Positions 44,131-53,247 of a DNA stretch of 64,000 nucleotides are shown here, piece after piece (the first letter of the stretch is position 1; every line of letters starts with the position of its first letter). The translations under genes were made by a program, and so were the position numbers. The notes under the pieces are model-generated. The model saw nothing but the letters and a program-made list of their open reading frames with translations, had not been told where the DNA came from and searched no databases. The stretch comes from Lachnospiraceae bacterium. Its GTDB lineage: Bacteria; Bacillota; Clostridia; Lachnospirales; Lachnospiraceae. The stretch covers positions 985 to 64,984 of the forward strand of contig JAEEJA010000037.1 of the NCBI GenBank assembly GCA_016281605.1, read 5' to 3'.

Positions 44131-46482
44131 ATGAATATTGCAGAGCAGATTGCAAAGGAACTTGAGATTAAGGTTTGGCAGGTTGAAGCTGTTATAAAGC
44201 TTATCGACGAAGGAAATACAATTCCTTTTATTGCCCGTTACCGTAAGGAAGCTCACGGAACACTTAATGATGAGCAACTTCGTAACCTAGACGAGCGTCT
44301 TACATATCTTAGAAACCTTGAAGAAAAGAAAAATCAGGTTATTGAGAGCATAACAGAGCAGGGCAAGATGACAGATGAGCTTTTGGCTAAGATTCAGGAG
44401 GCGCAGACTCTCGTACAGGTAGATGATTATTACAGACCTTACAGACCTAAGAGACGTACCAGAGCTACTATCGCAAAAGAAAAGGGATTAGAGCCTCTTG
44501 CAGCTCTTATATTAGAGCAGCAGGTGGATAAGGACTTAGAGGAGTATGCAAAGGAATACATCTCAGAAGAGAAGGAAGTTAAGGATGAGAAGGAAGCAAT
44601 CGCTTACGCTCTCGATATAATAGCAGAGGATGTTTCTGACAATGCTGAGTACAGACAGTATATAAGAGATATAACTTTTGAAGAAGGTAAGATAATAGTC
44701 GTAGCCAAGGATGAAAAGGCAGAGTCTGTTTATGAGATGTATTATAACTTCGAGGAGTCTGTATCTAAGATAGCAGGACACAGGATTTTAGCTATTAACA
44801 GAGGTGAAGCAGAAAAGTTTTTATCTGTTAAGATAGAAGCTCCCGAAGAAAGAGTATTAAGATATCTTGCAAAGATGACCATAAAGGGTACCGAAGAAGA
44901 AGGAAATATAAATAAATATACCGAAGAGCCTTTAAAGGCTGCAATAGCAGATAGTTACGACAGACTTATAAAACCTGCTATAGAGAGAGAAATCAGAAGT
45001 GAGCTTACTGAGAAGGCTCAGGATGCAGCTATAAAGGTATTTGGTAAGAATTTAGAGCAGCTCCTTATGGCTCCTCCTATAACAGGAAAAAATGTACTGG
45101 GTTGGGATCCGGCTTTCCGTACAGGCTGTAAGCTTGCAGTAGTTGACAGTACAGGAAAGGTGCTTGCTACAGCAGTTGTTTACCCTACAGCTCCTCAGTT
45201 CAAGGTTAAGGAAGCTAAGGCCGTAGTTAAGAAGATGATTGATAAGTTCGATATTTCCCTTATTTCAGTCGGAAACGGTACAGCCAGTCGTGAGTCAGAG
45301 CAGGTGATAGCAGAGCTTCTTAAGGAAATCGATAAACCTGTTCAGTACGTTATCGTAAATGAGGCGGGAGCCAGTGTTTACTCTGCAAGTAAGCTTGCAA
45401 CAGAGGAGTTCCCTGAGTTTGACGTAGGACAGAGAAGTGCAACTTCTATTGCAAGAAGATTACAAGATCCCCTTGCAGAGCTTGTTAAGATAGATCCAAA
45501 GTCTATAGGTGTGGGTCAGTATCAGCATGATATGAACCAGAAGAAGCTTACTGAAACCCTTACAAATGTTGTTGAGGACTGTGTAAACAAGGTTGGTGTA
45601 GACTTAAATACAGCTTCTGTTTCACTTTTAGAGTATATATCCGGTGTTTCAAAGCCGATAGCAAAAAATATAGTTGCTTACAGAGAAGAGAATGGTAAGT
45701 TTACAGACAGAAAGCAGCTTCTAAAGGTTGCCAAGCTTGGACCTAAAGCGTTTGAGCAGTGCGCAGGCTTCATGCGTATACAGGGCGGTGATAACCCGCT
45801 TGATGCTACTAGCGTGCATCCAGAAAGCTATGAAGCAACTTTAAATCTCTTAACAAAGATTGATATGACTATGGATGATGTAAAGACTGCGCAGAGTGAA
45901 GCAGGAAAAGAAATTGCCAAGAAAAACAAGAAAAAGCCTGCTCCTAAGAAAAAGGAAAAGAGTGTAGTTATAAGGAATACCAATACCGCATTTGGAGCGG
46001 CTTTAGCAAAAGCATTTGCTGACAGTGCTCCGGTTACAGCACCTGTAGAAGAGGAGAAAACTTCAAAGAGAGAAAAAAATCCTTTCGCAGCCAAGGTTAA
46101 GGATAAAAAGGCAATGGCAGAGGAACTCGGTATAGGCGAGATTACACTTGATGATATACTTAAAGAGCTTGCAAAGCCTGCCAGAGATCCACGTGAAGAG
46201 ATGCCAAAGCCTATACTTCGTACCGATGTACTTGAGATGAAAGACTTAAAGGAAGGCATGATACTCAAGGGAACAGTAAGAAATGTAATTGACTTCGGTG
46301 TATTTGTGGATATAGGTGTACATCAGGACGGACTCGTACACATCTCAGAGCTTTCAAGCAAGAGCTTTGTAAAACATCCGCTCGATGTAGTGAGTGTCGG
46401 AGATGTGGTGGATGTCAGAGTAATGAGTGTAGACCTTAAGAAAAAGAGAATTCAGTTATCCATGAAGGATATTGTAAAATGA
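44131..46482 (+). CDS. tex: Tex-like transcription accessory protein (YqgF, HhH and S1 domains)
   Basis: IAKELEIKVWQVEAVIKLIDEGNTIPFIARYRKE N-terminus and C-terminal S1 GTVRNVIDFGVFVDIGVHQDGLVHISEL. The ATG at 44131 has a GGAGA RBS; the ORF track starts at 44119. Confidence 0.9.
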   Translation: MNIAEQIAKELEIKVWQVEAVIKLIDEGNTIPFIARYRKEAHGTLNDEQLRNLDERLTYLRNLEEKKNQVIESITEQGKMTDELLAKIQEAQTLVQVDDYYRPYRPKRRTRATIAKEKGLEPLAALILEQQVDKDLEEYAKEYISEEKEVKDEKEAIAYALDIIAEDVSDNAEYRQYIRDITFEEGKIIVVAKDEKAESVYEMYYNFEESVSKIAGHRILAINRGEAEKFLSVKIEAPEERVLRYLAKMTIKGTEEEGNINKYTEEPLKAAIADSYDRLIKPAIEREIRSELTEKAQDAAIKVFGKNLEQLLMAPPITGKNVLGWDPAFRTGCKLAVVDSTGKVLATAVVYPTAPQFKVKEAKAVVKKMIDKFDISLISVGNGTASRESEQVIAELLKEIDKPVQYVIVNEAGASVYSASKLATEEFPEFDVGQRSATSIARRLQDPLAELVKIDPKSIGVGQYQHDMNQKKLTETLTNVVEDCVNKVGVDLNTASVSLLEYISGVSKPIAKNIVAYREENGKFTDRKQLLKVAKLGPKAFEQCAGFMRIQGGDNPLDATSVHPESYEATLNLLTKIDMTMDDVKTAQSEAGKEIAKKNKKKPAPKKKEKSVVIRNTNTAFGAALAKAFADSAPVTAPVEEEKTSKREKNPFAAKVKDKKAMAEELGIGEITLDDILKELAKPARDPREEMPKPILRTDVLEMKDLKEGMILKGTVRNVIDFGVFVDIGVHQDGLVHISELSSKSFVKHPLDVVSVGDVVDVRVMSVDLKKKRIQLSMKDIVK

Positions 46483-47222
46483 TCATAAGTAAAGAGCATA
46501 TCTTTTTTGCACACAGAGGACTTCACGGAAAGGCAGTACCCGAGGAAATTGCTCCGGAGAACTCCATGAAAGCATTTGAAAATGCTATAAAGTATGGATT
46601 TGGAATCGAGCTTGATGTACAAAAAACTTCGGATGATTACTTAATAGTTTTTCATGATGAATCTCTCTTAAGGATGTGTAATATAGATAAAAAAGTAAGA
46701 GAATGTTCACTTAAAGAATTAGAAAGCTATAATCTAAAAGACTCAAGTGAAAAAATCCCGCTTTTTTCTGAAGTTTTAAAGCAGGTTGAAGGACAGGTTC
46801 CGCTTCTTATAGAGATAAAACCTGAGGGTGACTGGAAGAAAACAACCCGCCTTACCTATGAAATGTTAAAGCGCTACAAAGGTGAATATTTTATACAATC
46901 TTTTCACCCTTTATGTATAAAAAAATATAAGAAGTACAGTCCGAAAACATACGTGGGACAGCTTGCCGGAGATAAGTGTAAAGTTAAAAATCCTGCAAAA
47001 GTTTTATTATACTTTTTGAGAAAATATTTGGTTTTTAATGTATTTTCAAAGCCGGACTTTATATCCTATTACTATAAAGATAAGAAAAATCTTGGTCTAA
47101 GAGTTAGCAGAAGAAAAAAGGGAAGATTAATTGCAGCATGGACCATAAGAAGTCAAAAGGAGCTGGATAAAAACAGAAAGTACTTCGATATATTTATATT
47201 CGAAAAATTCATACCTGATTAG
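46479..47222 (+). CDS. Glycerophosphodiester phosphodiesterase family protein
   Basis: FAHRGLHG, ENSM.AFENA, GIELDVQ, FHDE motifs. The start overlaps the tex stop (ATGA). Confidence 0.8.
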   Translation: MIISKEHIFFAHRGLHGKAVPEEIAPENSMKAFENAIKYGFGIELDVQKTSDDYLIVFHDESLLRMCNIDKKVRECSLKELESYNLKDSSEKIPLFSEVLKQVEGQVPLLIEIKPEGDWKKTTRLTYEMLKRYKGEYFIQSFHPLCIKKYKKYSPKTYVGQLAGDKCKVKNPAKVLLYFLRKYLVFNVFSKPDFISYYYKDKKNLGLRVSRRKKGRLIAAWTIRSQKELDKNRKYFDIFIFEKFIPD

Positions 47223-47302
47223 AAATTTTGCCATGTAAATATGACATAATTGACTCATAATTAAACCTAATTTAAAAAAAAATTGACACATTTTTTTACT
47301 AT

Positions 47303-47342
47303 CCTCTATCTCGTAAAGTGATTTACTTGATAGAGGTTTTTT
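47303..47342 (+). terminator. Hairpin plus T-run between the GDPD gene and the next gene
   Basis: cctctatc-(18-nt loop)-gatagagg followed by TTTTTT. Confidence 0.5.
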
Positions 47343-47412
47343 AATTTAGTTGGGTTTTTATACATCAACTTAAATTAAAGACTTTTAATAATATGAAAGG
47401 AAGGTAGATATT

Positions 47413-49851
47413 ATGGGTAGTGAAAAAAGAAAGAAACAATTGAAAAAATCTTTAGCCTTTACTATTGCAGGTGCTATGGTGCTTTCAGGCTTAACATCTG
47501 TTAGTAGTGCAAGTGCAAAGGGAAAAGTAAAGCTTTCAAAGAGTAAGATTACTGTAAATGTTGGAAAGACAAAGGTAGTTACGATTAAGAATCTTTCTTC
47601 TTCCAAGATTAAGTTATCTGTCAAGAAAAAGGCAGTAGCTAAGGCAGTGTTAAAAGGAAAAAAGATTAGGATAAAGGGAAAGAAAAGTGGCAGCACCTAT
47701 GTGATAGTTAAGATAATAACTACTTCAAATGGTAAAAGAAGCGTAAAGAAGCTTAAGTTAAAGGTTAAAGTAACACAAGCAAGCGTATCACCTACACTTA
47801 CAGCTTCTCCTACAGCGATTACCACAGGTCAGGCCAGCACTACACAGGTGACTGCCACTAGTCAAACACCGATTACAGCACCTTCTCAAGTACCAAGCTC
47901 TGTTCCGGCAGACAGACCAACTTTTGAACCGGGCACAACTACTTCGCCCACTTACACTCCTTCAGACGATTACTCTAAAGAAGGGTATAGCGCTCCAAGC
48001 GGAGTAACTGTATCGGATGATGATACCAATACAACTCCATCTGAGAATGCTGTGCAGATAGTGCTTAGCAGCTCAAATTCCACTAAGATAACTGCTGAGG
48101 ATAATTCATACGAGATTAGTAAGAAAAATAAGCTCACCATACAGAAGCCGGGTGAGTATGTTGTGAGTACTACAGATACAATCGATAAGGGAATTGTAGT
48201 GGATTTAGATGATTACACAACAGAGGCAGGAGTTGTACATATCTTCTTAAATGGTGTTGACTTCGAGGGTGCAGCGGATGGAGATCAGGGTATAATCTAT
48301 GTTAAGAAGTCTTCTAACGGTTATCTTAAGAAGGTTATTATAACTGTTGTTGACGGAACAGATAACATTATTTATGATTCAGGAAGCACTACTACAGTTT
48401 ACTATGATGCAGAAGGTAATGAACTTGAGGATTCTACAGGAGCTGCAAGCTCTGATATAGAGTATCCAAGTGCAATCTTAGTAAAGAAAGCGCCACTTAC
48501 AGTAAACGGTTCCGGTAACTTAGAAATCAAGTCAACTAACGGATATGGTATCAAGTGTACAGATTCAGATACAGGACTTAAGTTTATAGAAACATCTATC
48601 ACAATCGGAAACGAGCAGGAAAGAGCAGGTCACACAGGTATAGCTTCTAAGAATACAATCTACTTCGGAAACAGCAATATAAGTGTTTACAGTATTGGAG
48701 ACGGTATAAAGACTACAGTGGATGCTACTGACATAGCTGAGGACTCTACACTTCTAGGAACAGGAAAGATAGATATAGAGGGAGGAAATATAGATGTAAA
48801 TGCTCTTAACGGAGACGGCATAGACTGTAATTATGAAATTACAGATTCATCTTCGGAGGCTACCAATTATGGTGAGATAATCTTAAATCCTGAAAATCTG
48901 GATGTAGTAACAGCGATAGATACAACTGCTTACTCGGGAATCACAAGTGAGGATAGCATTCCAAGTCTTAAGGGAATCAAGGTAGGTAAGACAATTCTTG
49001 TATCACAAACAGCAGGTGAGATAAATGTTGATACTACAGATACCGATGTAAAAGTAGCAAATAAGTATGAAGCAGCAGATGATGCTATTCACTCAAACGG
49101 ACATATACAGATTGAGGGCGCTACACTTACACTTTTCGCAGCAGATGACGGAATTCATGCAGATGCAGGCGTAAGTATTGAAGGTGGAACAATCTATGTA
49201 AAGGAAGCTTATGAAGGTATAGAAGGAGCAGATATAACAGTAAACGGTGGTTTTATAAGTGTTACAGCTTCTGATGATGGATTTAACTGTGCAGGCGGAA
49301 ATGATAATGCAGATGAAGGCTTCTTCAGACCTGGACAGAATCCGGGAGGTACATCTTCGGCAGATAATTATAATTTGATTATCAATGCAGGTACTGTATA
49401 TGTAAATTCTGAGGGTGATGGACTTGACTCAAACGGAAATCTCTATATAAATGGTGGAGATATAACTGTATGTGGACCAAGTAACGGTGGAAACGGAGCT
49501 CTTGATTACGGCGATAACAATGCAACATTCCAGGTTACAGGCGGTACTCTTAGAGCTATGGCAGGAACAACGGACATGGTTGTAACACCAAACTCAGGTT
49601 CTCAGAGTTACCTTTACATAACCGGTAATATCAGTGCCGGAACGCTCGTTACGGTTTCTGATTCATCAGGAAATGTAATCGATACATATACAGCTGATAA
49701 GAAAACTGCTTCAATAGTTTTCACAGCACCGGGTATAACCAGTGGAAGCAATTATTTGGTTTCTTACGGTAACACTACCACAACCATTACAGCAGGACAG
49801 GGCGGCTCTCAGGGAGGCCCTGGAGGAAATTCCGGAAGACCCGGAAGATAA
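47413..49851 (+). CDS. Secreted protein: signal peptide, Big_2-like Ig domain, Thr/Ser/Pro linker, C-terminal beta-helix resembling the Cthe_2159 carbohydrate-binding family
   Basis: 812 aa. Signal AFTIAGAMVLSGLTSVSSASA. The Ig-like region is KLSKSKITVNVGKTKVV...GSTYVIVKI. Repeated DG(I/L) motifs (DDAIHSNG, ADDGIHAD, SDDGFNCAGG, GDGLDSNGNLYINGG) recall the Cthe_2159 family; this assignment is from memory, not from a search. Confidence 0.6.
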   Translation: MGSEKRKKQLKKSLAFTIAGAMVLSGLTSVSSASAKGKVKLSKSKITVNVGKTKVVTIKNLSSSKIKLSVKKKAVAKAVLKGKKIRIKGKKSGSTYVIVKIITTSNGKRSVKKLKLKVKVTQASVSPTLTASPTAITTGQASTTQVTATSQTPITAPSQVPSSVPADRPTFEPGTTTSPTYTPSDDYSKEGYSAPSGVTVSDDDTNTTPSENAVQIVLSSSNSTKITAEDNSYEISKKNKLTIQKPGEYVVSTTDTIDKGIVVDLDDYTTEAGVVHIFLNGVDFEGAADGDQGIIYVKKSSNGYLKKVIITVVDGTDNIIYDSGSTTTVYYDAEGNELEDSTGAASSDIEYPSAILVKKAPLTVNGSGNLEIKSTNGYGIKCTDSDTGLKFIETSITIGNEQERAGHTGIASKNTIYFGNSNISVYSIGDGIKTTVDATDIAEDSTLLGTGKIDIEGGNIDVNALNGDGIDCNYEITDSSSEATNYGEIILNPENLDVVTAIDTTAYSGITSEDSIPSLKGIKVGKTILVSQTAGEINVDTTDTDVKVANKYEAADDAIHSNGHIQIEGATLTLFAADDGIHADAGVSIEGGTIYVKEAYEGIEGADITVNGGFISVTASDDGFNCAGGNDNADEGFFRPGQNPGGTSSADNYNLIINAGTVYVNSEGDGLDSNGNLYINGGDITVCGPSNGGNGALDYGDNNATFQVTGGTLRAMAGTTDMVVTPNSGSQSYLYITGNISAGTLVTVSDSSGNVIDTYTADKKTASIVFTAPGITSGSNYLVSYGNTTTTITAGQGGSQGGPGGNSGRPGR

Positions 49852-49903
49852 AAAACGTATTCTTTTTATAAATAGATAACAATTTCCATACTTCTCTATA
49901 ATC

Positions 49904-49939
49904 AGAAAGGCAGTGAATCTTTGCTGCCTTTCTTTTTTT
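49904..49939 (+). terminator. Rho-independent terminator
   Basis: agaaaggcag-(10-nt loop)-ctgcctttct followed by a T-run. Confidence 0.8.
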
Positions 49940-49940
49940 C

Positions 49941-49969
49941 TTGTATTAGCACACAGTTATTGGTATAAT
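49941..49969 (+). promoter_or_regulatory. Sigma-A-type promoter for the 50075-56599 gene block
   Basis: -35 TTGTAT (49941-49946), 17-nt spacer, -10 TATAAT (49964-49969). It lies immediately after the upstream terminator. Confidence 0.55.
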
Positions 49970-50074
49970 AATTTACAAGTGTGTATATATCACATTGACT
50001 ACTACATTCAAATAAAAAACATGTGAAAATCAACAAAAAAGTTGATGCTCATATTAAAAGATTGGAGGTAAAAA

Positions 50075-51277
50075 ATGTCTGAAGAAATCTATAAGTGCGA
50101 ATCCTGCGGAGGGACTATGGAATGGGATCCGAAAAACTATTGTTTTATGTGTCCAAGCTGCGGCAATACCATGAAGTTAGATGAGAATAAGGAAAGCGTG
50201 CAGGAGAATAAACTCGACCTTAGTGCAAAGAACAAGATAAAGGTTGGAGAAAAGAAATCTCAAACCATGGAGTGTAAAGGTTGTGGAGCTATGGTGGAAG
50301 TAGAAGCTAACGACACAGCTCTTCAATGCCCATATTGTGGCTCTTCTTATGTACTCGCACAAAAGCAGGTAGATGTTATAGAGCCTGATGGAGTTATACC
50401 TTTTAAGATTGAGCAAATGGAGCTTAGAAAGCGTTTCAATGATTGGATTAAGGGTAAGTGGCTTGCTCCGGGATCACTTAAGAACCTTTATCAGGGAGGA
50501 AAAATAAAGGGTATTTACGTACCTTATTGGACATTTGATGCCGACTGTCGCGCTACATATTCAGCACAGGGTGGTACACATAGAGAAGAAAAATATAAAG
50601 ATTCAGAGGGTAAAGAGCAGACAAGAACAGTTACCGACTGGACATTTACAACAGGTGTTGTTAAGGGTAAATTTGATGATGTAACTGTGCCTGCTACAAA
50701 GAGCTTAAAGGGAGGACTTCTTTCATCAGCAGAGCCATTTAAGTTCGACGAGCTCGTAGGTTACAAGCCACAGTATCTCTCAGGCTTCATGTCAGAAAAC
50801 TTCAGTATTGATCTTGATGAAGGTCATAAGGATGCTCGTAACAAGATGGACAACGAGATGGAATCAAAGGCAAGCTCAGATGTACTTAAGAGATTTGATG
50901 AAGTTAAGGACGTTTCCATAGCACCTACCTACTCTAACGAAACATTTAAGTATATACTTGTTCCTGTTTATGCAACAACCTATAGCTTCAAGGGCAAGGT
51001 TTATAACGTAGTCATAAACGGACAGACAGGAAAGATAAGTGGAGAGTATCCAAAGAGTGCAGCAAAGATTATTATAATAATTGCAGTAATAATCGCAATT
51101 ATCGTTCTTATTGTAGCTCTTTCAGGCAAGTCAAAGGCAGCAGAAATTACTACAGCTCATGAGCCTTATGCAATTACAGCTGATGCAACAGATGATGATT
51201 ATATCTATGCAGAAAGCATTTCAGATATTTTAGACGGAAGTGATTACACTTGTACAGTAATTGATATGGAGGATTAA
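50075..51277 (+). CDS. Double zinc-ribbon protein with a C-terminal transmembrane anchor, unknown function
   Basis: 400 aa. CESCGG...CPSCGN and CKGCGA...CPYCGS (two CxxC-N14-CxxC ribbons). TM segment AAKIIIIIAVIIAIIVLIVAL near the C-terminus. GGAGG RBS. Confidence 0.7.
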   Translation: MSEEIYKCESCGGTMEWDPKNYCFMCPSCGNTMKLDENKESVQENKLDLSAKNKIKVGEKKSQTMECKGCGAMVEVEANDTALQCPYCGSSYVLAQKQVDVIEPDGVIPFKIEQMELRKRFNDWIKGKWLAPGSLKNLYQGGKIKGIYVPYWTFDADCRATYSAQGGTHREEKYKDSEGKEQTRTVTDWTFTTGVVKGKFDDVTVPATKSLKGGLLSSAEPFKFDELVGYKPQYLSGFMSENFSIDLDEGHKDARNKMDNEMESKASSDVLKRFDEVKDVSIAPTYSNETFKYILVPVYATTYSFKGKVYNVVINGQTGKISGEYPKSAAKIIIIIAVIIAIIVLIVALSGKSKAAEITTAHEPYAITADATDDDYIYAESISDILDGSDYTCTVIDMED

Positions 51278-51285
51278 AGAGGGTT

Positions 51286-53247
51286 ATGTTTGGTAATAAA
51301 ATCGATATAAAAAAACCTTCAAAAACAACCTTTAGTGCAGAGGATGTAAGAAATCTTGAGTTAACATACGCTTCCGAATTTACATCCGAAAGAGATAAAA
51401 ATATACAGACACCATTAAGAAAGGTGCTTGAGCCGGCTCTCCGTACCCGTATCAGAGAGTATGCATTTGAAAAAATCCTTGAAAAAGGACTTTACAGCTT
51501 TAAGCACCTTCTGGTGATTCCAAATCCCTATGATGCTTCCGTACAGACAGCACTTCTTCTGTTCGTAACCAAGGAGGAATGTGCTCTCAGATATCAGATA
51601 TTTGATGAAGACGGAGAGGTTTCATACGAAGCAGTTACAGACAGGACCACAAAGCATAAGGTACCTGTGATGATGCTTTATACAGGAAAAACCAACAAGA
51701 TGAACTTAGAGCTTCTCAATGAAAGCGGAGAGGTTATAAAGAGAAGACCTCTTACAATATATGCAAGAGAGGTTTCCTACAGACTTATAAATCTTTTTGA
51801 AGAAAAGATTCATGAGCAGGACAGCAGATTTCCATACCTTCTTATAAACGGTCTGGACTTTAATCCTGTTGCTATTGACAGTAAATTAAATATCAGATAC
51901 AGTATGCAGCTTAAGTCAGGAAAGGCAGGCATGATTCCTCTTAGTAACAATCACTTCCTGCTACCCGATAAAAATTCCTTCACACTGGATGATAATAAGG
52001 AAAAGTACAGTTGTAGATTTTTAGAGCTTGATTACATGGGTAGAGTCTATAAATCCTATATATTTAAGCATCAGTTCGGTAAAGTATTTTACTCGGATGG
52101 AGACAAATTTTATTATCTTACCAGCATGGATAAGGGCTATGAAAATGACTGGATTGTCTGCTTTGATCTAGGTAAAGGTGAAGTTTTAAAGGAGTATAGT
52201 ATAGCTAAGCTTATAGGAGATAAATATAAGACAAGTAGTGATTGGATTAAGATTTCACGTATTGAAATCAAGAATGATAAGATGCTTATTGTCCTTAAAA
52301 ATTTGCATACCATAATAGAAACAGACGTTGAGAATTTTAATATAAATTGGGTTATAGGGCCACTCTCGATTTGGGAAGGAACACCTCTTGAAAAGCATAT
52401 CTTTCCGGATGGTGGATTTTTAAATAATAATCCTGATTTTACAGAGTATAATGTTTATACGGCAGACCCTTCGGTACTTAAAGAAAACTCTGCAGAGATT
52501 ATCAGACCTGTATTTGCTTCATACATTTATGAAGATAAGAAAAAAGCTTTTATAGCTGTTTACTCTTCACAGCTTGTGCTTCCGGATGAAAAATATACAG
52601 ATATAGGTCAGTCGCTTATAAGTATTATCTACTGCGACAAGGAGAGAAAAAAGTATCATATTACCAATGCTTATAGGACTAAGCAGTTCTATCGTAACGC
52701 ATCACTTCTCTTCGATGATGATTATAAAAATGTACTTGCACTTGCAGGTCTTTCCGATAAATCAGGTCAGAAGTACAGAGCCAATATTGCTGAATTTGAT
52801 ATAGCTACAGCAGAGAGATTAAGGCGAGTAGCAGTGCGTAAGGTTTATAATAACGCTTGGAAATTCGAGTCCGATATTTCGGACTACTTAAATCCGATTC
52901 CAAGTGATGATGATTATATAATCGGAGATATAAAGACTCCTCTTGAAACCAATGAAAATGTTATGGAGACAACGGAGAAAAAGCTTAAAAAAAGGCTTTT
53001 CGGTAATCTCTATGTAAGTGGTGGTATGCTTAATTTTGCCTTAAGAAGCGGTCATGTGGAAGCTGTTTACCTTAAGGGAGAAAAGAGTAAAAAGACTTAT
53101 AAAGAGGTTTATAAAGATATTCCAAAAAAAGAGAAAAAGGACATATATGTTTTAAATATTCACTCATTGCCAAAGGATTGCTATTATATCTATGTTAAGG
53201 CAGACGGGGATGTTTATAAGCTTAAGGATGAGATAATAGTAAAATGA
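51286..53247 (+). CDS. Arylsulfotransferase (ASST)-fold-like protein without a signal peptide
   Basis: 653 aa. LLVIPNPYDASVQTALLLF...HKVPVMMLYTGKTNKMNL recalls the ASST N-terminal domain. DWIKISRIEIKNDKMLIVLKNLHTIIETD...NWVIGP recalls the ASST propeller motif (DWxHxNS...S.R....I..D......W). The assignment is from memory and has only moderate support. Confidence 0.45.
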   Translation: MFGNKIDIKKPSKTTFSAEDVRNLELTYASEFTSERDKNIQTPLRKVLEPALRTRIREYAFEKILEKGLYSFKHLLVIPNPYDASVQTALLLFVTKEECALRYQIFDEDGEVSYEAVTDRTTKHKVPVMMLYTGKTNKMNLELLNESGEVIKRRPLTIYAREVSYRLINLFEEKIHEQDSRFPYLLINGLDFNPVAIDSKLNIRYSMQLKSGKAGMIPLSNNHFLLPDKNSFTLDDNKEKYSCRFLELDYMGRVYKSYIFKHQFGKVFYSDGDKFYYLTSMDKGYENDWIVCFDLGKGEVLKEYSIAKLIGDKYKTSSDWIKISRIEIKNDKMLIVLKNLHTIIETDVENFNINWVIGPLSIWEGTPLEKHIFPDGGFLNNNPDFTEYNVYTADPSVLKENSAEIIRPVFASYIYEDKKKAFIAVYSSQLVLPDEKYTDIGQSLISIIYCDKERKKYHITNAYRTKQFYRNASLLFDDDYKNVLALAGLSDKSGQKYRANIAEFDIATAERLRRVAVRKVYNNAWKFESDISDYLNPIPSDDDYIIGDIKTPLETNENVMETTEKKLKKRLFGNLYVSGGMLNFALRSGHVEAVYLKGEKSKKTYKEVYKDIPKKEKKDIYVLNIHSLPKDCYYIYVKADGDVYKLKDEIIVK

